A DNA stretch of 64,000 nt, from assembly GCF_009914755.1 (NCBI RefSeq), contig NC_060933.1; one strand, 5' to 3'. The position numbers were made by a program, and so were the translations under genes. The notes below the pieces were generated by a model. That model saw only the letters and a list, made by a program, of their open reading frames with translations, ran no database searches and was not told the DNA's origin. The DNA is from the human T2T-CHM13v2.0 reference genome, Homo sapiens. The stretch's first letter is position 1, and each line of letters opens with the position of its first letter. This document shows positions 14,025-26,103 of the stretch, piece after piece.

Positions 14025-15896
14025 CATTCTCAGAAACTTCCTTGTGATGTGTGTACTCAAGTAACAGAGTTGAACCTTCCTTTTGACAGAGCAGTTTTGA
14101 AGCACTCTTTTTGTAGAATCTGCAAGTGGATATTTTGATACCTTTGAGGATTTCGTTGGACACGGGATATCTTCATATAAAATCTAGACAGAAGCATTCT
14201 CAGAAACTTCTTTGTGCTGTATGTCCTCAATTAACAGAGTTGAACCTTTGTGTGGATACAGCATTTTGGAAACATTCCTTTAGTAGAATCTGCAAGTTGA
14301 TATTTAGATAGCTAGGAAGATTTCCTTGGAAACGGGAATATCTTCATATAAAATCTAGACGGAAGCATTCTCAGAAAGTGCTTTGTGATGTTTGCATTCA
14401 AGTCACAGAGTTGAATATTCCCTTTTATAGAGTAGGTTTGAAACACTCTTTCTGCACTACCTGGAAGTGGACATTTGGAGCGCTTTGAGGCCTATGTTGA
14501 AAAAGGAAATATCTTCCCATAAAAACTAGACAGAAGCATTCTCAGAAACTTGTTTGTGATGTGTGTATTCAACTAACAGAGATGAACCTTTCTTTTTACA
14601 GAGCAGTTTTGAAACACTCTTTTTGTGGAATCTGAAAGTGGATATTTGGATAGCTTTGAGGATTTCGTTGGAAACGGGATTACATATAAAACCTAGAGAG
14701 AAGCATTCTCAGGAACTTCTTTGTGATGTTTGCCTTCAAGTCACAGGACTGAACATTCCCTTTCATAGAGCAGGTTTGAAACACTCTTTCTGTAGTATCT
14801 GCAAGCTGACGTTTCATGCGCTTTCAGGCCTATGGTGAGAAAGGAAATATCTTCAAGTAAAAACTAGACAGAAGCATTCTCAGAAACTTATTTGCCATGT
14901 GTGTTCTCAACTAACAGAGTTGAACCTTTGTTTTGATACGGCATTTTGGAAACACTCTTTTTGTAGAATCTGCAGGTGGATATTCGGATAGCTTTGAAGG
15001 TTTCGTTGGAAACGGGAATATCTTCATATAAAATCTAGACGGAAGCATTCTCAGAAACTGCTTTGTGATGTTTTCATTCAAGTTACAGTGTAGAATGTTC
15101 CCTGTTATATACCAGGTTTGAGACACTCTTTCTGCACTACATGGAAGTGGACGTTTGGAGCGCTTTGAGGCCTATGTTGAAAAAGGAAATATCTTCCCAT
15201 AAAAACTAGACAGAAGCATTCTCAGAAACTTGTTTCTGATGTGTGTATTCAACTAACAGAGATGAACCTTTCTTTTTACAGAGTAGTTTTGAAACACTCT
15301 TTTTGTGGAATCTGAAAGTGGATATTTGGATAGCTTTGCGGATTTCGTTGGAAACGGGATTACATAAAAAATCTAGGGAGAAGCATTCTCAGGAACTTCT
15401 TTGTGATGTTTGCATTCAAGTCACAGAACTGAACATTCCCTTTCATAGAGCAGGTTTGAAACACTCTTTCTGTAGTATCTGCAAGTGGACGTTTCAAGCG
15501 CTTTCAGGCCTGTGGTGAAAAAGGAAATATCTTCAAATAAAAACTAGACAGAAGCATTCTCAGAAACTTATTTGCGATGTGTGTTCTCAGCTAACAGAGT
15601 TCAACCTTTGTTTTGATACAGCATTTTGGAAACACTCTTTTTGTAGGATCTGCAGGTGGATATTTGGATAGCTTTGAAGGTTTCTTTGGAAACGGGAATA
15701 TCTTCATATAAAATCAAGACAGAAGCATTCTCAGAAACTTCTCTGTTCTGTTTGCATTCAACTCATAGAGTTGAACACTTCCTTTCATAGAGCTGGTTTG
15801 AAATACTCTTTTTGTAATATTTGGAAGTGGACATTTGCAGCGCTTTGAAGCCTATGGTGAAAAAGGAGATATCTTCTCCTAAAAACCAGACAGAAG
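14025..15896 (+). repeat. 11-mer HOR variant with diverged monomers (copy 1)
   Basis: Marker spacing 14126->15998 = 1872. Many private substitutions (GTAGGATC, TTTCTTTGGAAACGGGA, CTCTGTTCTG, GAAATACT). Confidence 0.93.
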
Positions 15897-18800
15897 CATT
15901 CTCAGAATCTTTCTTGTGATGTGTGTACTCAAGTAACAGAGTTGAATCTTCATTTTGACAGAGCAGTTTTGAAGCACTCTTTTTGTAGAATCTGCAAGTG
16001 GATAGTTTGATACCTTTGGGGATTTCGTTAGACACGGGATATCTTCATATAAAATCTAGACAGAAGCATTCTCAGAAACTTCTTTGTGCTGTATGTCCTC
16101 AATTAACAGAGTTGAACCTTTGTGTGGATACAGCATTTTGGAAACATTCCTTTAGTAGAATCTGCAAGTTGATATTTAGATAGCTAGGAAGATTTCCTTG
16201 GAAACGGGAATATCTTCATATAAAATCTAGACGGAAGCATTCTCAGAAAGTGCTTTGTGATGTTTGCATTCAAGTCACAGAGTTGAATATTCCCTTTTAT
16301 AGAGCAGGTTTGAAACACTCTTTCTGCACTATCTGGAAGTGGACATTTGGAGCGCTTTGAGGCCTATGTTGAAAAAGGAAATATCTTCCCATAAAAACTA
16401 GACAGAAGCATTCTCAGAAACTTGTTTGTGATGTGTGTATTCAACTAACAGAGATGAACCTTTCTTTTTACAGAGCAGTTTTGAAACACTCTTTTTGTGG
16501 AATCTAAAAGTGGATATTTGGATAGCTTTGAGGATTTCGTTGGAAACGGGATTACATATAAAACCTAGAGAGAAGCATTCTCAGGAACTTCTTTGTGATG
16601 TTTGCATTCAAGTCACAGAACTGAACATTCCCTTTCATAGAGTAGGTTTGAAACACTCTTTCTGTAGTATCTGCAAGCTGACGTTTCAAGCGCTTTCAGG
16701 CCTATGGTGAGAAAGGAAATATCTTCAAGTAAAAACTAGACAGAAGCATTCTCAGAAACTTATTTGCCATGTGTGTTCTCAACTAACAGAGTTGAACCTT
16801 TGTTTTGATACGGCATTTTGGAAACACTCTTTTTGTAGAATCTGCAGGTGGATATTCGGATAGCTTTGAAGGTTTCGTTGGAAACGGGAATATCTTCATA
16901 TAAAATCTAGACGGAAGCATTCTCAGAAACTGCTTTGTGATGTTTTTATTCAAGTCACAGAGTAGAATGTTCCCTGTTATATACCAGGTTTGAGACACTC
17001 TTTCTGCACTACCTGGAAGTGGACGTTTGGAGCGCTTTGAGGCCTATGTTGAAAAAGGAAATATCTTCCCATAAAAACTAGACAGAAGCATTCTCAGAAA
17101 CTTGTTTGTGATGTGTGTATTCAACTAACAGAGATGAACCTTTCTTTTTACAGAGCAGTTTTGAAACACTCTTTTTGTGGAATCTGAAAGTGGATATTTG
17201 GATAGCTTGGAGGATTTCGTTGGAAACGGGATTACATATAAAACCTAGAGAGAAGCATTCTCAGGAACTTCTTTGTGATGTTTGCATTCAAGTCACAGAA
17301 CTGAACATTCCCTTTCATAGAGCAGGTTTGAAACACTCTTTCTGTAGTATCTGCAAGCTGACGTTTCAAGCGCTTTCAGGCCTATGGTGAGAAAGGAAAT
17401 ATCTTCAAGTAAAAACTAGACAGAAGCATTCTCAGAAACTTATTTGCGATGTGTGTTCTCAACTAACAGAGTTGAACCTTTGTTTTGATATGGCATTTTG
17501 GAAACACTCTTTTTGTAGAATCTGCAGGTGGATATTCGGATAGCTTTGAAGGTTTCGTTGGAAACGGGAATATCTTCATATAAAATCTAGACGGAAGCAT
17601 TCTCAGAAACTGCTTTGTGATGTTTTCATTCAAGTCACAGAGTAGAATGTTCCCTGTTATATACCAGGTTTGAGACACTCTTTCTGCACTACCTGGAAGT
17701 GGACATTTGCAGCGCTTTGAGGCCTATGATGAAAAAGGAAATATCTTCCCATAAAAACTAGACAGAAGCATTCTCAGAAACTTGTTTGTGATGTGTGTAT
17801 TTAACTAACAGAGATGAACCTTTCTTTCTACAGAGCAGTTTTGAAACACTCTTTTTGTGGAATCTGAAAGTGGATATTTGGATAGCTTTGAGGATTTCGT
17901 TGGAAACGGGATTACATATAAAATCTAGAGAGAAGCATTCTCAGGAACTTCTTTGTGATGTTTGCATTCACGTCACAGAACTGAACATTCCCTTTCATAG
18001 AGCATGTTTGAAACACTCTTTCTGTAGTATCTGCAAACGGACATTTCAAACGCTTTCAGGCCTATGGTGAGAAAGGAAATATCTTCAAATAAAAACTAGA
18101 CAGAAGCATTCTCAGAAACTTATTTGCGATGTGTGTCCTCAACTAACAGAGTTGAACCTTTCTTTTGATATAACATTTTGGAAACACTCTTTTTGTAGAA
18201 TCTGCAAGTGGATATTTGAATAGCTTTGAAGGTTTCGTTGGAAACGGGAATATCTTCTTATAAAATCAAGACAGAAGCATTCTCAGAAACTTCTCTGTGA
18301 TGTTTGCATTCAACTCATAGAGTTGAACACTTCCCTTCATACAGCAGGTTTGAAACACTCTTTTTCTAATATTTGGAAGTGGACATTTGCAGCGCTTTGA
18401 GGCCTATGTTGAAAAAGGAAATATCTTCTCCTAAAAACCAGACAGAAGCATTCTCAGAAACTTCCTTGTGATGTGTGTACTCAAGTAACAGAGTTGAACC
18501 TTCCTTTTGACAGAGCAGTTTTGAAGCACTCTTTTTGTAGAATCTGCAAGTGGATATTTTGATACCTTTGAGGATTTCGTTGGACACGGGATATCTTCAT
18601 ATAAAATCTAGACAGAAGCATTCTCAGAAACTTCTTTGTGCTGTATGTCCTCAATTAACAGAGTTGAACCTTTGTGTGGATACAGCATTTTGGAAACATT
18701 CCTTTAGTAGAATCTGCAAGTTGATATTTAGATAGCTAGGAAGATTTCCTTGGAAACGGGAATATCTTCATATAAAATCTAGACGGAAGCATTCTCAGAA

Positions 18801-21800
18801 AGTGCTTTGTGAAGTTTGCATTCAAGTCACAGAGTTGAATATTCCCTTTTATAGAGCAGGTTTGAAACACTCTTTCTGCACTACCTGGAAGTGGACATTT
18901 GGAGCGCTTTGAGGCCTATGTTGAAAAAGGAAATATCTTCCCATAAAAACTAGACAGAAGCATTCTCAGAAACTTGTTTGTGATGTGTGTATTCAACTAA
19001 CAGAGATGAACCTTTCTTTTTACAGAGCAGTTTTGAAACACTCTTTTTGTGGAATCTGAAAGTGGATATTTGGATAGCTTTGAGGATTTCGTTGGAAACG
19101 GGATTACATATAAAACCTAGAGAGAAGCATTCTCAGGAACTTCTTTGTGATGTTTGCATTCAAGTCACAGAACTGAACATTCCCTTTCATAGAGCAGGTT
19201 TGAAACACTCTTTCTGTAGTATCTGCAAGCTGACGTTTCAAGCGCTTTCAGGCCTATGGTGAGAAAGGAAATATCTTCAAGTAAAAACTAGACAGAAGCA
19301 TTCTCAGAAACTTATTTGCCATGTGTGTTCTCAACTAACAGAGTTGAACCTTTGTTTTGATATGGCATTTTGGAAACACTCTTTTTGTAGAATCTGCAGG
19401 TGGATATTCGGATAGCTTTGAAGGTTTCGTTGGAAACGGGAATATCTTCACATAAAATCTAGACGGAAGCATTCTGAGAAACTGCTTTGTGATGTTTTCA
19501 TTCAAGTCACAGAGTAGAATGTTCCCTGTTATATACCAGGTTTGAGACACTCTTTCTGCACTACCTGGAAGTGGACATTTGCAGCGCTTTGAGGCCTATG
19601 ATGAAAAAGGAAATATCTTCCCATAAAAACTAGACAGAAGCATTCTCAGAAACTTGTTTGTGATGTGTGTATTCAACTAACAGAGATGAACCTTTCTTTT
19701 TACAGAGCAGTTTTGAAACACTCTTTTTGTGGAATCTGAAAGTGGATATTTGGATAGCTTTGAGGATTTCGTTGGAAACGGGATTACATATAAAACCTAG
19801 AGAGAAGCATTCTCAGGAACTTCTTTGTGATGTTTGCATTCACGTCACAGAACTGAACATTCCCTTTCATAGAGCATGTTTGAAACACTCTTTCTGTAGT
19901 ATCTGCAAACGGACATTTCAAACGCTTTCAGGCCTATGGTGAGAAAGGAAATATCTTCAAATAAAAACTAGACAGAAGCATTCTCAGAAACTTATTTGCG
20001 ATGTGTGTCCTCAACTAACAGAGTTGAACCTTTCTTTTGATACAACATTTTGGAAACACTCTTTTTGTAGAATCTGCAAGTGGATATTTGAATAGCTTTG
20101 AAGGTTTCGTTGGAAACGGGAATATCTTCATATAAAATCAAGACAGAAGCATTCTCAGAAACTTCTCTGTGATGTTTGCATTCAACTCATAGAGTTGAAC
20201 ACTTCCCTTCATACAGCAGGTTTGAAACACTCTTTTTGTAATATTTGGAAGTGGACATTTGCAGCGCTTTGAGGCCTATGATGAAAAAGGTAATATCTTC
20301 CCATAAAAACTAGACAGAAGCATTCTCAGAAACTTGTTTGTGATGTGTGTATTCAACTAACAGAGATGAACCTTTCTTTTTACAGAGCAGTTTTGAAACA
20401 CTCTTTTTGTGGAATCTGAAAGTGGATATTTGGATAGCTTTGCGGATTTCGTTGGAAACGGGATTACATATAAAATCTAGGGAGAAGCATTCTCAGGAAC
20501 TTCTTTGTGATGTTTGCATTCAAGTCACAGAACTGAACATTCCCTTTCATAGAGCAGGTTTGAAACACTCTTTCTGTAGTATCTGCAAGCGGACGTTTTA
20601 AGCGCTTTCAGGCCTGTGGTGAGAAAGGAAATATCTTCAAATAAAAACTAGACAGAAGCATTCTCAGAAACTTATTTGCGATGTGTGTCCTCAACTAACA
20701 GAGTTGAACCTTTCTTTTGATACAACATTTTGGAAACACTCTTTTTGTAGAATCTGCAAGTGGATATTTGGATAGCTTTGAAGGTTTCGTTGGAAACGGG
20801 AATATCTTCATATGAAATCAAGACAGAAGCATTCTCAGAAACTTCTCTGTGATGTTTGCATTCAACTCATAGAGTTGAACACTTCCCTTCATACAGCAGG
20901 TTTGAAACACTCTTTTTCTAATATTTGGAAGTGGACATTTGCAGCGCTTTGAGGCCTATGTTGAAAAAGGAAATATCTTCTCCTAAAAACCAGACAGAAG
21001 CATTCTCAGAAACTTCCTTGTGATGTGTGTACTCAAGTAACAGAGTTGAACCTTCCTTTTGACAGAGCAGTTTTGAAGCACTCTTTTTGTAGAATCTGCA
21101 AGTGGATATTTTGATACCTTTGAGGATTTCGTTGGACACGGGATATCTTCATATAAAATCTAGACAGAAGCATTCTCAGAAACTTCTTTGTGCTGTATGT
21201 CCTCAATTAACAGAGTTGAACCTTTGTGTGGATACAGCATTTTGGAAACATTCCTTTAGTAGAATCTGCAAGTTGATATTTAGATAGCTAGGAAGATTTC
21301 CTTGGAAACGGGAATATCTTCATATAAAATCTAGACGGAAGCATTCTCAGAAAGTGCTTTGTGATGTTTGCATTCAAGTCACAGAGTTGAATATTCCCTT
21401 TTATAGAGCAGGTTTGAAACACTCTTTCTGCACTACCTGGAAGTGGACATTTGGAGCGCTTTGAGGCCTATGTTGAAAAAGGAAATATCTTCCCATAAAA
21501 ACTAGACAGAAGCATTCTCAGAAACTTGTTTGTGATGTGTGTATTCAACTAACAGAGATGAACCTTTCTTTTTACAGAGCAGTTTTGAAACACTCTTTTT
21601 GTGGAATCTGAAAGTGGATATTTGGATAGCTTTGAGGATTTCGTTGGAAACGGGATTACATATAAAACCTAGAGAGAAGCATTCTCAGGAACTTCTTTGT
21701 GATGTTTGCATTCAAGTCACAGAACTGAACATTCCCTTTCATAGAGCAGGTTTGAAACACTCTTTCTGTAGTATCTGCAAGCGGACGTTTCAAGCGCTTT

Positions 21801-24800
21801 CAGGCCTATCGTGAGAAAGGAAATATCTTCAAGTAAAAACTAGACAGAAGCATTCTCAGAAACTTATTTGCCATGTGTGTTCTCAACTAACAGAGTTGAA
21901 CCTTTGTTTTGATACGGCATTTTGGAAACACTCTTTTTGTAGAATCTGCAGGTGGATATTCGGATAGCTTTGAAGGTTTCGTTGGAAACGGGAATATCTT
22001 CATATAAAATCTAGACGGAAGCATTCTCAGAAACTGCTTTGTGATGTTTTCATTCAAGTCACAGAGTAGAATGTTCCCTGTTATATACCAGGTTTGAGAC
22101 ACTCTTTCTGCACTACCTGGAAGTGGACGTTTGGAGCGCTTTGAGGCCTATGTTGAAAAAGGAAATATCTTCCCATAAAAACTAGACAGAAGCATTCTCA
22201 GAAACTTGTTTGTGATGTGTGTATTCAACTAACAGAGATGAACCTTTCTTTTTACAGAGCAGTTTTGAAACACTCTTTTTGTGGAATCTGAAAGTGGATA
22301 TTTGGATAGCTTTGAGGATTTCGTTGGAAACGGGATTACATATAAAACCTAGAGAGAAGCATTCTCAGGAACTGCTTTGTGATGTTTGCATTCAAGTCAC
22401 AGAACTGAACATTCCCTTTCATAGAGCAGGTTTGAAACACTCTTTCTGTAGTATCTGCAAGCTGACGTTTCAAGCGCTTTCAGGCCTATGGTGAGAAAGG
22501 AAATATCTTCAAGTAAAAACTAGACAGAAGCATTCTCAGAAACTTATTTGCGATGTGTGTTCTCAACTAACAGAGTTGAACCTTTGTTTTGATATGGCAT
22601 TGTGGAAACACTCTTTTTGTAGAATCTGCAGGTGGATATTCGGATAGCTTTGAAGGTTTCGTTGGAAACGGGAATATCTTCATATAAAATCTAGACGGAA
22701 GCATTCTCAGAAACTGCTTTGTGATGTTTTCATTCAAGTCACAGAGTAGAATGTTCCCTGTTATATACCAGGTTTGAGACACTCTTTCTGCACTACCTGG
22801 AAGTGGACATTTGCAGCGCTTTGAGGCCTATGATGAAAAAGGAAATATCTTCCCATAAAAACTAGACAGAAGCATTCTCAGAAACTTGTTTGTGATGTGT
22901 GTATTCAACTAACAGAGATGAACCTTTCTTTTTACAGAGCAGTTTTGAAACACTCTTTTTGTGGAATCTGAAAGTGGATATTTGGATAGCTTTGAGGATT
23001 TCGTTGGAAACGGGATTACATATAAAATCTAGAGAGAAGCATTCTCAGGAACTTCTTTGTGATGTTTGCATTCACGTCACAGAACTGAACATTCCCTTTC
23101 ATAGAGCATGTTTGAAACACTCTTTCTGTAGTATCTGCAAACGGACATTTCAAACGCTTTCAGGCCTATGGTGAGAAAGGAAATATCTTCAAATAAAAAC
23201 TAGACAGAAGCATTCTCAGAAACTTATTTGCGATGTGTGTCCTCAACTAACAGAGTTGAACCTTTCTTTTGATACAACATTTTGGAAACACTCTTTTTGT
23301 AGAATCTGCAAGTGGATATTTGAATAGCTTTGAAGGTTTCGTTGGAAACGGGAATATCTTCATATAAAATCAAGACAGAAGCATTCTCAGAACTTCTCTG
23401 TGATGTTTGCATTCAACTCATAGAGTTGAACACTTCCCTTCATACAGCAGGTTTGAAACACTCTTTTTCTAATATTTGGAAGTGGACATTTGCAGCGCTT
23501 TGAGGCCTATGTTGAAAAAGGAAATATCTTCTCCTAAAAACCAGACAGAAGCATTCTCAGAAACTTCCTTGTGATGTGTGTACTCAAGTAACAGAGTTGA
23601 ACCTTCCTTTTGACAGAGCAGTTTTGAAGCACTCTTTTTGTAGAATCTGCAAGTGGATATTTTGATACCTTTGAGGATTTCGTTGGACACGGGATATCTT
23701 CATATAAAATCTAGACAGAAGCATTCTCAGAAACTTCTTTGTGCTGTATGTCCTCAATTAACAGAGTTGAACCTTTGTGTGGATACAGCATTTTGGAAAC
23801 ATTCCTTTAGTAGAATCTGCAAGTTGATATTTAGATAGCTAGGAAGATTTCCTTGGAAACGGGAATATCTTCATATAAAATCTAGACGGAAGCATTCTCA
23901 GAAAGTGCTTTGTGATGTTTGCATTCAAGTCACAGAGTTGAATATTCCCTTTTATAGAGCAGGTTTGAAACACTCTTTCTGCACTACCTGGAAGTGGACA
24001 TTTGGAGCGCTTTGAGGCCTATGTTGAAAAAGGAAATATCTTCCCATAAAAACTAGACAGAAGCATTCTCAGAAACTTGTTTGTGATGTGTGTATTCAAC
24101 TAACAGAGATGAACCTTTCTTTTTACAGAGCAGTTTTGAAACACTCTTTTTGTGGAATCTGAAAGTGGATATTTGGATAGCTTTGAGGATTTCGTTGGAA
24201 ACGGGATTACATATAAAACCTAGAGAGAAGCATTCTCAGGAACTCCTTTGTGATGTTTGCATTCAAGTCACAGAACTGAACATTCCCTTTCATAGAGCAG
24301 GTTTGAAACACTCTTTCTGTAGTATCTGCAAGCTGACGTTTCAAGCGCTTTCAGGCCTATGGTGAGAAAGGAAATATCTTCAAGTAAAAACTAGACAAAA
24401 GCATTCTCAGAAACTTATTTGCCATGTGTGTTCTCAACTACCAGAGTTGAACCTTTCTGTGGATACGGCATTTTGGAAACACTCTTTTTGTAGAATCTGC
24501 AGGTGGATATTCGGATAGCTTTGAAGGTTTCGTTGGAAACGGGAATATCTTCATATAAAATCTAGACGGAAGCATTCTCAGAAACTGCTTTGTGATGTTT
24601 TCATTCAAGTCACAGAGTAGAATGTTCCCTGTTATATACCAGGTTTGAGACACTCTTTCTGCACTACCTGGAAGTGGACGTTTGGAGCGCTTTGAGGCCT
24701 ATGTTGAAAAAGGAAATATCTTCCCATAAAAACTAGACAGAAGCATTCTCAGAAACTTGTTTGTGATGTGTGTATTCAACTAACAGAGATGAACCTTTCT

Positions 24801-26103
24801 TTCTACAGAGCAGTTTTGAAACACTCTTTTTGTGGAATCTGAAAGTGGATATTTGGATAGCTTTGAGGATTTCGTTGGAAACGGGATTACATATAAAATC
24901 TAGAGAGAAGCATTCTCAGGAACTTCTTTGTGATGTTTGCATTCACGTCACAGAACTGAACATTCCCTTTCATAGAGCATGTTTGAAACACTCTTTCTGT
25001 AGTATCTGCAAACGGACATTTCAAACGCTTTCAGGCCTATGGTGAGAAAGGAAATATCTTCAAGTAAAAACTAGACAGAAGCATTCTCAGAAACTTATTT
25101 GCGATGTGTGTCCTCAACTAACAGAGTTGAACCTTTCTTTTGATACAACATTTTGGAAACACTCTTTTTGTAGAATCTGCAAGTGGATATTTGGATAGCT
25201 TTGAAGGTTTCGTTGGAAACGGGAATATCTTCATATAAAATCAAGACAGAAGCATTCTCAGAAACTTCTCTGTGATGTTTGCATTCAACTCATAGAGTTG
25301 AACACTTCCCTTCATACAGCAGGTTTGAAACACTCTTTTTGTAATATTTGGAAGTGGACATTTGCAGCGCTTTGAGGCCTATGATGAAAAAGGTAATATC
25401 TTCCCATAAAAACTAGACAGAAGCATTCTCAGAAACTTGTTTGTGATGTGTGTATTCAACTAACAGAGATGAACCTTTCTTTTTACAGAGCAGTTTTGAA
25501 ACACTCTTTTTGTGGAATCTGAAAGTGGATATTTGGATAGCTTTGCGGATTTCGTTGGAAACGGGATTACATATAAAATCTAGGGAGAAGCATTCTCAGG
25601 AACTTCTTTGTGATGTTTGCATTCAAGTCACAGAACTGAACATTCCCTTTCATAGAGCAGGTTTGAAACACTCTTTCTGTAGTATCTGCAAGCGGACGTT
25701 TTAAGCGCTTTCAGGCCTGTGGTGAGAAAGGAAATATCTTCAAATAAAAACTAGACAGAAGCATTCTCAGAAACTTATTTGCGATGTGTGTCCTCAACTA
25801 ACAGAGTTGAACCTTTCTTTTGATACAACATTTTGGAAACACTCTTTTTGTAGAATCTGCAAGTGGATATTTGGATAGCTTTGAAGGTTTCGTTGGAAAC
25901 GGGAATATCTTCATATGAAATCAAGACAGAAGCATTCTCAGAAACTTCTCTGTGATGTTTGCATTCAACTCATAGAGTTGAACACTTCCCTTCATACAGC
26001 AGGTTTGAAACACTCTTTTTCTAATATTTGGAAGTGGACATTTGCAGCGCTTTGAGGCCTATGTTGAAAAAGGAAATATCTTCTCCTAAAAACCAGACAG
26101 AAG
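15897..26103 (+). repeat. Four 15-mer HOR variants (starts 15897, 18449, 21001, 23552)
   Basis: Marker spacings 2552, 2552, 2551, 2552. Confidence 0.95.
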
